Assembly: GCA_964016885.1 (NCBI GenBank)
Contig: OZ024741.1
Location: 76,570,001 to 76,634,000, forward strand
Length of the DNA stretch: 64,000 nt
Reading direction: 5' to 3'
DNA from: Eledone cirrhosa
Taxonomy: Eukaryota
Shown here: in pieces, positions 52,348 to 64,000 of the stretch
Layout: every line of letters begins with the position of its first letter
Numbering within the stretch: position 1 is the first letter of the stretch
Notes under the pieces: model-generated
What the model was told of the DNA's origin: nothing
Seen by the model: only the letters and a program-made list of their open reading frames with translations
Databases searched by the model: none
Position numbers and translations under genes: made by a program

Positions 52348-52547
52348 CGCCACGTCTGTTAGTATTTATTGCGTGTCTTTTTCAGTTTTCAAAACAGGAG
52401 AGTGCTACACGGAGTTAAAAGCTTTTCGTACTTGTTGTCACACTATAAATGTTTATACAGTGCAAAACAGATTTTAGTAATAAAAATTTCTAAATCGTAA
52501 ACAATTCTATTTCAAATAACAACAACACTACAGATATTGTTGTCTTC

Positions 52548-52716
52548 CTGTTTCTTCTACAACAACTACAACGGTACGGCGGACAGAATGGAGAAAGCGT
52601 TTCCCCGGTGGACGGCAAGGGAGACGCGCTGGAAAAGCCACTCCAACTCGCGGGGCTCACACCTGCGGCTGGCCAGCTCAGCGCCTATGGTGGTGAGTAA
52701 GGAGGTAGCCCTAGGG
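52548..52716 (-). mobile_element. CRE-like retrotransposon 3' fragment about 200 bp upstream of the ALG5 start
   Basis: PRATSLLTTIGAELASRRCEPRELEWLFQRVSLAVHRGNAFSILSA, matching 19030-19262. Confidence 0.65.
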
Positions 52717-52984
52717 TACGCAGACATCGAGCATGCACCTGCTCTTCTGTCTTCTTTCATTTACATCTAAGATGCATTGTAGCATTATAAATCTACCTTC
52801 ACTGGTAGTTTTTTTTTATCGAACCCAGAAAGACTATAAATAAATCAGTTCAAAAGGTTTTGTTAATTTCGTTTATTAGGGAGCGTCAACGTGGTCACCC
52901 GATATGCTAAAAATAACAGCCAAATCTCCATGAAATTACGCCCAAATGGCTTAAATAAGGAGCACATTAGATAATGCCAGATGC

Positions 52985-53292
52985 TCTACAAGAGATGCTC
53001 TAGCCTTGATAGATCTGGAAAAGACCTTTGGCAAAGTTCCATGATCTGTTATCTGATGATCCTTAAGGAAACTAGATGTAGATGAGTAGCTTGTGAGATC
53101 AGTGCAAGCTATGTATAAAGGTGCTGTCAGTAAAGTGAGATTAGGTGATGAGTTTAATGAAAAATTTCATGTGTAAATAGGTGTAAATTAAGATGCAGTC
53201 CTCAGCCCGCTTCTGTTTATTATAGTTCTACAGGCCATTATAGAGGAGTTCAAGACTAGCCATCCATGGGGACTTCTGTATGCTGATAATCT
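52985..53292 (+). mobile_element. Degenerate RTE RT fragment
   Basis: IDLEKTF.KVP..VI..SLRKL.VDE.LV...PWGLLYADN. Confidence 0.75.
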
Positions 53293-53329
53293 TTTTTTTT
53301 TTATTTATTAATAACTATTTAATTTCATT

Positions 53330-53512
53330 AATTGGCAGTATCGGTAGAGGGTCAGACATGCTTTCCAGCACAGTTACGTCCCTTTACGATCTGAGTTCAA
53401 ATCCCGCCGAGGTTAACTTTGCCTTTCATCTTTACAAGGTCGATAAAATAAAGTACTAGTAATGTACTGGGTAATTGCTGGCCTTGTGCCAAAAGTAGAA
53501 ACAATTATTATT
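53330..53512 (+). mobile_element. Meta-type tRNA SINE (other decayed copies at about 43620-43720, 51170-51320, 57450-57705)
   Basis: Same A/B boxes and central domain as 22635-22830. Confidence 0.8.
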
Positions 53513-53594
53513 ATTATCATTTTTAATCCTCAATTATTTAACAAGTGTCAACTGCTAAACTGATAAACTGAACCTTTTACAAAGAACTCAATTT

Positions 53595-54012
53595 CCAACT
53601 GAAGCATATATATATTATGCACCACCCTACCTCACCCACTCCCATACATCTCCCATAAGGACAAACTGAAGTATACACCCAGTGAAGCCTCCAACCCACA
53701 CTGTAAAGTGGTTATGGTAGTGACAATAGAAAGCGCCCAGCCCACACTGTAAAGTAGTCGTGTAGGTGTCATGGCAAAAAGCATGCAGTCCTCACTGTAA
53801 AGTGGTCGTGTAGGTGTCACGACAAAAAGCACCCAGCACTCACTGTAAATGAGGTTGGCGCTAGGAAGGGCATCCAGCTGTAGAAACCAAGCTAAAATCT
53901 GTTCTGTATGAGCAAGACATGGTCTCCTAACCTGGCATTGCTTACAACAGGATAACTCAGTATCCCATGCCAGCGTGGAAAAATGGATGTCAAACGGTGA
54001 TGATGATGATGA
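53595..54012 (+). mobile_element. RTE 3' UTR with four tandem units and (GAT)n tail
   Basis: CACACTGTAAAGTGGT units; GGAAGGGCATCCAGCTGTAGAAAC. Confidence 0.8.
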
Positions 54013-55254
54013 TTAGTTTATTCAATGCAATTAAGCATTGAATGGAAATTTAATAAGGTAGGAATGTACTTACCACAATCAGTTTTTAGTCATTAATAAT
54101 TATGTTAGATTCTCTAGGGCTAGAAAATTAACTAAAAATGCAAGGAAAACAACAAGGAAAAACTATCACTAAAACCATTGTACTTATGACATTTGCAGAA
54201 CTCTGCAGGTTAATATATATACTAAACAACATTATTTATTGCATACATGAACCTTACTCAACCTGCTACAAAGAGCAGCCAAATTTTTCAAAAACTACAA
54301 ATGTGTTGCAGGCATTTTTATCTACTCCTTTCTACAGCTTGGTGAAACTGGTATCTAATCTCACCAGATTAACTTAAGCAAAAAGGAATAATGTATCCCA
54401 CTTAAAGAGCCCTTTCAATCCCCAAACCAACATTGCAATATATAGTAGCATTTTTACTTTAACAGTTATTATCTTTTTAGCCCAGTGATTCCCTAAGTGA
54501 ATGCTATCACCCCTTTGGGAAGAAATGGGGAGTTTGCGGAAAGGTAAGTTTTAATAAAGGAAGAAAAGGATACAAATTAGTAGTTGCTAGTAAAACTATC
54601 AGCTTTAGTTATTTAAAAAATGCTTAAATAATATTTTTCTTACATGAACTGCAAGAATAGAATTGACACAGAAAGATTTCCCTCATAATTCACAGTGAAA
54701 CAGATTTATCCTTTATGTGTTCATATATCTGTTGTTACACTGCTATTAGTGAAAAATGATTTACCACATATTTCAGAACAACAGGGTTTCTCTCCAGAGC
54801 GTATTTTTTGGGACATTGTTAAATAACATATCTTGTACTTATATAGAATACTTAATTACATAAATATTTCATATAAAATATAAAATCAAAACGAAAGAAA
54901 AAATATTAAAATTTAATTTTCAAAGTATAATTTTTTATTAACTTTAACTGTGAGAACACTGATGAAATATATTTTCTCAAAAAAGAAATGAACAGGTAAA
55001 AAAAAAGTGCTATAGCACAAGGGGCATAATTCTTGTGCCAGTTATTAAAGAGTTACGTTACTTCAATAAATTGAGGTTTGTTGGTTAGTTGATTAGAATA
55101 ATAGTTTGGGAGTATTTAGCTTCAATACAGTCACTTTTGTTAAGTCTGTGTAAGATCTGAAGATACATTTTCTGTCACGATTCCCAATGGCGGAAAGTCA
55201 TCATCAATATTTATCCTTATTTTTTCCTCATCATCTTTCCTTTACGTCAACCAA

Positions 55255-55694
55255 TCCGACGTCTGGCAGCTGACTTAGTAGACACACAAAATTATCAACC
55301 CTCTTTCCAACAACAACCCTGAGCACCTTTTTGAATTCCATGTGTCTAACCCCTGTGGACGTGCTTACAAAATCATAAAACAGCACGACTCCTATGATTT
55401 TTGGAAACATTTTTTCACGCTCAGAGTTGCTGAACAAACTACCTGCATCAGTTGTCAGCTGTCGGGACACTGCTTCCTTCAAAATTTCTATGCTTCCTGA
55501 AATTCGCCAACACTACACCTGATATTCCCCTTCCACACACATGCATGTGTGTGTATGTCTGTGTGTATATCATGACTCAAACACTGTTCACTTTCCTGAC
55601 ATTTGTACATTGTTCTATGTACTATACATGCACCTTCGATGAGTTGTAGTGCACCTGAGCACTGTACACAATAATTTTAATTATTATTATTATT
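55255..55694 (+). mobile_element. CR1 3' fragment
   Basis: Homologous to 62158-62540. Confidence 0.85.
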
Positions 55695-56114
55695 GTTCTT
55701 TGAGTCTCAGTCATTGATATTATTTAACTGGAAAATTTGTTGAAATGAATATGAAGCCGCTACCTGCAACCTCAGATATTCAGGACGTATCAGAGGGTTC
55801 TTGCTGTTCCCAGCAAGCATGCCTTTTGAAGTGTTCCAAAAAGCGAGGCTGGACTAATTTTCTTTAACCATCCTTGGAAACTCTTTGAGATAGTACCTAG
55901 TGCACCTATGACAATCGGGACAACTCTGACTTCATGGCAGTTCCAAATCCTTTTTACCTCCCACTTTAAGTCCTGGTATTGGTTAATTTTCTCCCTCTCC
56001 TTTTCTTGCACTCTCGTGTTAAATGGGCAGGCTACATCTACAATCAGGCACAATCTTTTTTCCTTGTCCAAAACCACCAGGTCAGGCCTATTGTGTTCCA
56101 GTTTCTTGTCCGTC
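55695..56114 (-). mobile_element. R4/Dong-clade retrotransposon 3' fragment (RLE domain) inserted in (TAA)n
   Basis: LEHNRPDLVVLDK...IVDVACPFN...EKINQYQDL...VVPIVIGALG...LQKACLLGTARTL; (TTA)n on both sides. Confidence 0.85.
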
Positions 56115-56145
<31 letters not shown>

Positions 56146-56454
56146 AGTTTGCTTTAAAGCTCAAGACATATCCTATAAACATAAGATGTCACTGTATGCT
56201 GTTAAGATCTTAGGGTTTACAAAGTGTCCTCCAGAGATATCCAGCATATATGATATGGTCTTCAAAATAATTATGAGATTTTAAAAATATTTATTTTTCT
56301 TAATTATTTTCTCTTTTTGCACATTTAACATTTTTATTAGTTTCATTCATTGGGCTGCAGTCATTTAAGAGCCAATAAGGATGTCACTACATGGTCATTT
56401 AACCTGCTAGAAATAACAGTCAAATCACCTTTAAGTCACTGTAAATAAGAACAC

Positions 56455-56789
56455 ATTCATCATCATTTCATTTTACGTCCGCTTTTCCCTGCTTGCAAGG
56501 GTGGGACGGGAACTGATTCTGGCTTGATTTCTACAGCTAGATGCCCTTCCTAATACCAACCTCATTTACAGTGAGTGCTGGGTGCTTTTTTGCCGTGGTA
56601 CCTCCACAACCACTTTGCAATGGAATGATAGGGACCCCAGCCCTATCATCTCATTTCTACAGCTGAGTAAACTGGAGCAATGTGAAATAAAGTGTCTTGC
56701 TCAAGGAAACAACACATCACCTGGTCTAATTGAACTCACAACCTTTCGATTGCAAGGCCAATGCTCTAACCACTAAGCCATGTGCCTCC
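56455..56789 (-). mobile_element. Full-length CORE-type SINE nested in an older SINE-like repeat (about 56380-56910)
   Basis: Same head, core and tail as 23485-23863. Confidence 0.85.
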
Positions 56790-58339
56790 ATCCTTTATTT
56801 AGATAATATAATCCTAGCGACCCATAAAAAATGGGAATATTCATGACTGGAATGTTTTCAATCATAGGTCTGCTTGATCAGGACTGACCTGGAACTAAAC
56901 AACACTACAAGTGACATACATGTTTATGTGTTGTGAATCCATTAATGTAAGCTATAATTCTGTACTATCTTTACAATCAATAAAAATTGCTATTATGTCT
57001 TTCTCAAACAAGTTAAATGTAAACAAAAACCACATTAGTAACTGTCATATAATTTGATTATAATTTATTACATTTCCTCTATTTTGTTATTAATACTCTA
57101 GATTTGATATATTTATGTTTACTCTTCTTCTTTTACCTCATAGATATCTCACATCTTATTTGCCTTATAATGAAACAGATCGTAAACATAACTGGAATTC
57201 TATAAGAATCTAGCATCTATAACCCTCTGCAGAAGTGAAAGAGTATGTGGCCTTGACAATCACTTACAAGTGAAAAACGGTACTACCATCGATGACTTCC
57301 CTTTGCTTTTGCCGAGACTAAGTACGTGACGTAGTCACTACTTTAAAATTCATAGCGGATGGTCTCCAAAATGTTATAAAATAAACATACAGTATATTAT
57401 TAAATATACTATACGTACATTCACATACAATTTATTATAATGATTATTTCTAATTTAGGTACAAGGCCACCAATTTGGGAAAGGGATTCATCATCATTTT
57501 CATCATCTTCGTTTAACGTCCATCTTCCATGCTAGCATGGGTTAAATTAACTTAAATACTAGGTTGGTACTTTACTTTATCAATCCCAGAAGGATGAAAT
57601 GTAAAGTTGACCTTAGTGGGATTTGAACTCAGAAAGTAAAGAGCTGTAACTTAATATTATAAAGCATTTTGTCCAGCACTCTTATGATCTGTCAATCTTT
57701 TGCCCTCACAACAATGACGATGAAGTATATGAACTTTGATGATCCTATATTGGCAGCAGCATGATTGGTTCAGTTTAAGTTGAAGATGAAGATTAAAAAA
57801 GATACTGATGAGCAGATGTGGTGTTGATACTTAGGTAAATCTTGTGAATAAGATCTTTCCAAAGAACGTTAAAGAATGCTTGTTTGACTTGTTATAAACA
57901 ATGTACAATGTTATATACAACCACAAAAAACTGTTTATTATAGCTGAGTGGCTGAAGATTTTTTGAAATGAAATAACTGCTATCAGATTTGTCTAAATGT
58001 TTTCTGATAAGGATAAATGCCAAGGCTCTTTATTGTGATTTGCATAAAATGAAAAAAAAAATCAAAACAGGATATTATTCAGTTAGTTTTTGTGGTGGGA
58101 GTGACATCATCCAATGTTAAAAGGAAGTTGCTGAATCACACGAGAGTATAGAGTAACACAACTGTTAAATCTTGCATCAGTTATTTGTTCACAATATGAG
58201 TTTGCTTTGGGCACTGTTGAGAAGATACAATATCAAACATTTGCAGTTAAGCCTAAGAGAAACTAAACTAATCCATATAATCCAAAGATGACGTGTAAGA
58301 ATGTGAGCTACACATATTCATGGAAAATGTTCAGCATTT

Positions 58340-59175
58340 GGAAAAGTGTGCTACTGTATGTTGATAAACTGGTTCTTATAGCTGCATCTGAGAAAGAGCT
58401 TAAGAAGACATTTGTGCTGTGGAAACAGAACTTAGTAAGTAGGAAAGAGGACAGGACTCTGATTCCATTAGGTAAGTAACCATTTTTTACATGTCGAAAA
58501 ATAGTTAAGACTTATATATGATATACAAAAGTAAGGTATAGGTACAGAAGTGGTGTAGAGAGATTATAGGCAGGATAATAAAAAAGTTAGACTTTGCATA
58601 TGGCAGAAGCCCAAGGGTTGTTAGTAGTAAGAGCACTAGTGAAATAAATTTTTACCAATCCCAGGAAGGTACCATGGAAGTATAGTTGCAGAGGAGATTG
58701 CTCTGAAAGCATAGTAGTTAGAATGAGCACAGATTGTAAAAAGCTTCAGGGAGTTACTACCTCTGTTGACAACAGAGAGGTTTTATCTCTGAGCAAAGGG
58801 TAGATTGTATGATGTTTACATGAGGAGTGGGATGTTGCATAACAGTGAGACATGGGTGTAAATGTTGAAGATATGCAAAGGTTGGAAAGAAATGAAGCAA
58901 GCTTGCTCTGTTAGATGTGTAATGTAAGTGTGCATGAAAATAGAACGTTGATAAACTTAGAGAAAAGCTAGGTATAAAAACACTAGGATGTAGTATGCTG
59001 AAGAGACAACTGCACTGGTATGGTCATGTGATGCATATGGCTGATAGCTGCTGGGTGAAGAAATACCAGGAGATACCAGTGAAATGAAGCTACAGTAGTA
59101 TAAGACCAAGGAAAACCTCGTCAGGGGTGATTAGAGCTGATTTTGAAATGTTAAATCTCACAGAGATGTCAAAGT
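58340..59175 (+). mobile_element. Highly degenerate RTE RT C-half
   Basis: LLYVDKLVLIAASE, FRELLPLL, SETW, LERNEAS, WYGHVM remnants. Confidence 0.7.
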
Positions 59176-59182
59176 AGCACCA

Positions 59183-59747
59183 TGAAATAGTGAATCAATT
59201 TGCATGACATACATTTTTTTGTCAATGTAATTAATTAGATAATAGATATTTTTGCAGAACACAGCATATATAAGAAGATTTAAGATACATTTAATATAAG
59301 TACAGTTTTTGAGTTAGTATCCTTATAGTGAAAAGAAGGAAGTGTAAACACACTTTTCATTATTCCTTCTATATAGAAAAATATACAAAATTATTTTATG
59401 CTTTAGAGGTTATTAATTGTCTCCTCAATTATGTTCTACACTCTAGTTGACATAGATAGTGATGCTATAAAGATCCCTCAGTAGGTAAAACTCATAGGTT
59501 ATCTCCTAATGAGAAAACAATAATCTCTAAAATATGTAAAGATAATTTGTTTTTCTGTGTACAGAGGAAATAGTAGAAAATGTGTTTACACATCCTTCAC
59601 TTGAAGATATATAATTTAAAAAAACTGTACTTATATTAGATTTATCTTAAATCTTCTTATAAATGCTGTGTTCTGCAGAAATATTTATTATCTAATTAAT
59701 TATATTGACCAACAAATGCATGTCTTGCAAATTGACTGACCATTTCA
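59183..59747. mobile_element. AT-rich foldback/MITE with ~200-bp imperfect inverted arms
   Basis: TGAAATAGTGAATCAATTTGCA...GCAGAACACAGCAT...AAGAAGATTTAAGAT mirrors ...ATCTTAAATCTTCTT...ATGCTGTGTTCTGC...TGCAAATTGACTGACCATTTCA. Confidence 0.75.
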
Positions 59748-59839
59748 GTTATATTCCTCTGTTTAACATACATAGGGTTGTTATAAAGATCCCTCTGTAG
59801 ACAGGCTTCTAATTAAAAAACTGTAGTTAAATGTCTATA

Positions 59840-62543
59840 ATATCGGAGCTGTGAACCCTCAATTCAGAGAATTGTACCTGAATCTGTCGGCAATTCCTTG
59901 TGCTGATTTGAACCAATCACAGCAGGAAGTTTTTTTCTGCGATATACGTATGACCATGTCAACACTGCTACTTGGAGTCGTTTACCGTCCCCCAAATTAC
60001 CATCAGGACACTCAACTTTGTGATATCCTCAGAGCTGCTGCCAGGAAGACAGCCACTTATGTTTTCATTGCAGGTGACTTCAATCACCCTGAGATTGACT
60101 GGGAGACCTTTCGTTGGCCGCCAAGTGCAAATGACTTCCTTGAGCTGGTGCTGGACTCGAGTTGGTCCCAGGTGGTCACCTCCCCAACGAGAGGTGACAA
60201 CACTTTGGACCTACTCTTCACCACTACTCCTGAAATGGTCATTAGTGTTACTGCTTAGGAACCTTTAGGTGACTCTGATCATGCTATGATCATTGCCAAT
60301 CTATCCCTCATGGGCAGTAACAAGAACCACAACCATCTCCAAACTGCTCACTTTGACTGGAATAAAGCAGACTGGAACTGTTACTGCACCGAGTTGCAAC
60401 GGCCAAACTGGCTTGAGTTCTATGACTCTGGAGATGTCAACACTGTACTCCAGAACATCCTGAGCTCAATATGGACAGCATGTGCAGCATCGGTGCCACG
60501 TAAGCGGAAAAAACATCCCAAAAGCGCAATTTGGGAGACTACAGCAGTCCGTCTTGCCAGAAAAGAACGGCGCAATGCTGAACGTGAGTACAAACTTCAC
60601 AAATCAGACATTAATAGGAAGAGGCGAAATAGATCGTCCAACCACCTCAAATAGGTGACAAAAAAGGCAGTGCTTCAATTTGAGCAGCGCATAGCAACCA
60701 GCCCTGACAGTAAGGTGTTCTGGAAGTATGTTCACTCAAAGCAGAGGCCTCACTCTCCAGTTGGTCCTCTTCGCAATCCCCACACAAGCCAGGTTACTGA
60801 CGACCCCAAGGAATGCGCAGAGCTCATTGCTGAATGCTATGCAGGCATTTTCACCATTGAAGACCAGAGTGTACCATCTCCACCACCTATGACACCGGAC
60901 TCTATTACAACCATGGAATTTACACCTGCAATGCTGCGACGTCACCTAAAAAATAAACGCAACCATGCCTCTCCTGGTCTTGATGGTGTTACGTACCTGC
61001 TTCTTAAACGTGGTGGGTACTTCCTTCTACACCAGTTATCACGCTTCTTCCAATTCTGTCTGAACAACAGTGCTACGCCAGAACAGTGGAAAACTGCCAG
61101 TGTCATTCCTCTGTTCAAAAAGGGTGACCGCATATCACCTGTGAACTATCGTCCAGTCAGTCTTACTAGTTGCATCGCCAAACTGATGGAATCCTGTGTC
61201 AGAGAAACACTTTGGAACTTCTGGAGCTCTCACAGTCTTATCCGGCCCTCGCAATTTGGATTTATCCCCAACTCCAGCTGCTGTGATCAACTTATAGAGT
61301 TTCTTGAAGACATCACCCGGATCACTGAACGCGGCTCATGGGTGGATGTTGTTTACCTTGACTTTGCGAAGGCCTTCAATTCTGTGCCACACAAAAGGCT
61401 TATGGCAAAACTCTCTGCAATGGGTGTGAAGGATGATCTTTTTAACTGGTTGAAGTCCTTCATTCTCAGTCGAAGAGAGGTAGTCACGGTTCTGGGACAG
61501 CATTCCTCACCATATGAGATGTCATCTGGTGTACCTCAGGGATCTGTTCTTGGCCCCCTTTTGTTTGTGGCATATATTAATGACATAGATTCCAACTTAA
61601 GGAATGCCACAGTACTAAAGTACGCAGACGACATCAAGCTGTACCTTGAGATAAAAAGGACAGATCCTGAACACTATAGATCTTGCTTGCAGTCTGACCT
61701 GGACACAATGCAACAGTGGATCTCAGACTGGCAACTCAAGCTAGCTGTGGACAAGTGCACCACCATGCATTTTGGGAGTAAAAACTCAGCGTCCACATAC
61801 TCCCTCCACAGCACTAATATCAAGAAGTCTTCCTGTGAACGTGACCTGGGCATTACGGTCAGCAGCGATTTGCGTTGGACGAGGCACGTCTCTAAAATTG
61901 TCAAGAGGACCGAGGGTGTCTTAGCATCACTCAGCAAGACCTTTGTCAGCCGCTCTCCAGATATCTATTTAAGGCTGTATACAGCTATGGTGCGACCACA
62001 CTTAGAATTTGCATCACCAGTCTGGAACCCCTATCTTGCTCAGGACATTGACCACCTGGAAACTGTTCAGAGACGTGCAACCAAGCGAATACCCTCCATC
62101 AGGCATCTACCATATTCTGAGTGCCTTGCTTCCCTGGGCATGGATTCATTGAAGCTCCGACGCCTGGCAACTGACTTGGTAAACACCCACAAAATTGTTA
62201 ACCATGTTGCCAACAACAACCCTGAGTACCTTTTCGATTTCCATGTGTCTAACACACATGGGCATGCCCACAAAGTAAGAAAACAGCACAGCTCCCATGA
62301 CTTTCGGAAACATTTTTTCACGCTCAGAGTTGCTGAAGCATGGAACAAACTACCTGCATCAGTTGTTAGCTGTCGAGACACTGCATCCTTTAAGGCCTCC
62401 ATGCTTCCCGAGATCCGCCAACAGAACAGCTAACACATACACACATGTACTTCCCTGACATTTGTGTATTATTCTATGTACTATATTGACAAGTTGTAGT
62501 GCACCTGAGCACTTTACACAATAATTTCATTATTATTATTATC
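59840..62543 (+). mobile_element. CR1 LINE, 5'-truncated ORF2 (APE endonuclease C-half + RT), single frame with two TAG nonsense codons
   Basis: VVYRPP, AGDFNHP, PTRGDNTLDL, GDSDH; SPGLDG, NYRPVSLTS, LDFAKAF, GVPQGSVLGP, YADD, ERDLG; stops at 60256 and 60652 in one frame; (ATT)n tail. Confidence 0.95.
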
Positions 62544-62760
62544 CTGGTTTCATAAGGCATTAAATGACTGAGAATACAAGGTCCCCACACCATCCTGGTT
62601 AGGACACCAGTCTATCACATGGTTAACCTCTAGCTGCTGCAGCTGGTACCCATTTCTTTTCAGTTGAGTTGGTTGGAGCAATTTGAAATAAAGTGACTTT
62701 CTCAAGGATACTATCACCTTACATGAGCACAACATCCTAATTACTATGCCATATACCTTT

Positions 62761-62807
<47 letters not shown>

Positions 62808-62813
<6 letters not shown>

Positions 62814-63283
62814 CAGGAAAGAAGGTTTACATGGTTTGCTATACAAAAAAGTTTTTAATCACATAGCTTACATTTGTTTCACTGAACTGGTATGTCTAGA
62901 GATCGCTATCCGCTTAATTTTGCGTTACTCGATCGCCAATACAGAATTATAACCAGTCAGATCTTCGGAGCATGCGAGAATGCTCCGAAGATCTGACTGG
63001 TTATAATTCTGTATTGGCGATCGAGTAACGCAAAATTAAGCGGATAGCGATCTCTAGACATACCAGTTCAGTGAAACAAATGTAAGCTATGTGATTAAAA
63101 ACTTTTTTGTATAGCAAACCATGTAAACCTTCTTTCCTGATTTATTATTACTCCAAGTGTTTACAACATAGGAATTACGCCATACCCGCAGCATCACTAT
63201 GAAAACGCCTTGTTGAGTCAAACCAAGTCAAGCGTTAATATCATCCACTACCTGGAATACCATAACTGGACTTCACCTAATCC

Positions 63284-63290
<7 letters not shown>
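62808..63290 (+). mobile_element. Fold-back insertion (166-bp perfect inverted arms + ~145-bp unique tail) in (TA)n, probably Penelope-like pseudo-LTR derived
   Basis: 62808-62973 is the exact reverse complement of 62980-63145; loop GCGAGA; (TA)n on both sides. Confidence 0.75.
62982..63087 (+). ncRNA. Putative minimal type-I hammerhead ribozyme (variant core)
   Basis: GCT-CCGAAGA-T-[stem II CTGACTGGT...ACCAGTTCAG]-T-GAAAC-AAAT-GTA-AGC: core order, 1-bp stem III and short stem I as in PLE-associated hammerheads, with CUGA replaced by CCGA. Confidence 0.5.
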
Positions 63291-63321
<31 letters not shown>

Positions 63322-63761
63322 TAAAATAACAGATTAAAGTTTAAGCAAAGAATCGCTGCTTTCACCCTTAACGGGATCTCCTGAAACTAACAAAGTCAAT
63401 CTGTAAACGCAGAAGTGGATATTTCAAAAAACGTTGCAACCGGAGGAAGACAGGAAGACGATACTTTGGTTCGTGGAAACGTTCCCTGGCAAAGAACGGG
63501 AAAAAGCGAATATAATACGTCATTAATAGGAGCGGTGAAAAACAATTACACGCAAAGACAGAACCACGTTTATGGTATAAAAGAGGTCGTAGACTAATGT
63601 TCTCTTAGGTGGCTCATGGAGACGTTCTCTGGCAATGAACAGAAAAAATGGTGATAATACGTCATATGTGGAGCATGGAGAACCATATTTGCTCTACGGT
63701 TCTTATATATTTGATATATATTTATCCTTATCGAGCCCTCTTTGGATTTTAGTCTTCAAAT

Positions 63762-63789
63762 TTATTATTATTACTATTATTATTATTAT

Positions 63790-63850
<61 letters not shown>

Positions 63851-63867
63851 TATACATACACACACAC

Positions 63868-63934
<67 letters not shown>

Positions 63935-63978
63935 TATACATACACACACACGTATATATATATATATATATATATATG
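63762..63978. repeat. (TTA)n/(TA)n/(CA)n compound microsatellite with ~85-bp higher-order duplication
   Basis: CATATATATACATACACACACACGTATATA occurs twice (about 63845 and 63929). Confidence 0.85.
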
Positions 63979-64000
63979 GATGTTATGGAGATGGTGATGA

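Noticed and set aside
52348-52353. GTG start of the listed 322-aa ALG5 ORF, and TACTAACAG as a possible splice acceptor
   Set aside because: An in-frame ATG lies two codons downstream; no polypyrimidine tract supports the acceptor.
59851-60657. In-frame TAG codons in CR1 ORF2 as programmed read-through
   Set aside because: More simply explained as point nonsense mutations in a dead, 5'-truncated copy.

Overview
AT-rich, repeat-dense animal genomic DNA. The repeat landscape (RTE/CR1/Tx1 LINEs, Penelope-like elements, CORE- and Meta-type tRNA SINEs, long (TA)n/(CAT)n microsatellites) suggests a mollusc, probably an octopus-like cephalopod; this is an inference. Three host genes are supported: (1) a 4-exon minus-strand mitochondrial MaoC-type dehydratase (HTD2, 178 aa; exons 20591-20874, 18116-18198, 12539-12639, 6405-6473, all GT-AG and phase-compatible); (2) a single-exon 497-aa forkhead gene (36185-37678 +) with a non-canonical recognition helix; (3) an intronless ALG5 (51385-52347 -). 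The rest is layered transposable elements. The most notable signals are a young RTE whose reverse transcriptase carries an in-frame PHD-type zinc finger; a recurring class of short fold-back (palindromic) insertions, one with a minimal hammerhead-ribozyme-like core; apparent partitioning of microsatellite target sites among retroelement families; a twin-priming inversion; and a 71-bp templated insertion. All assignments come from reading motifs by eye; no database search was run.
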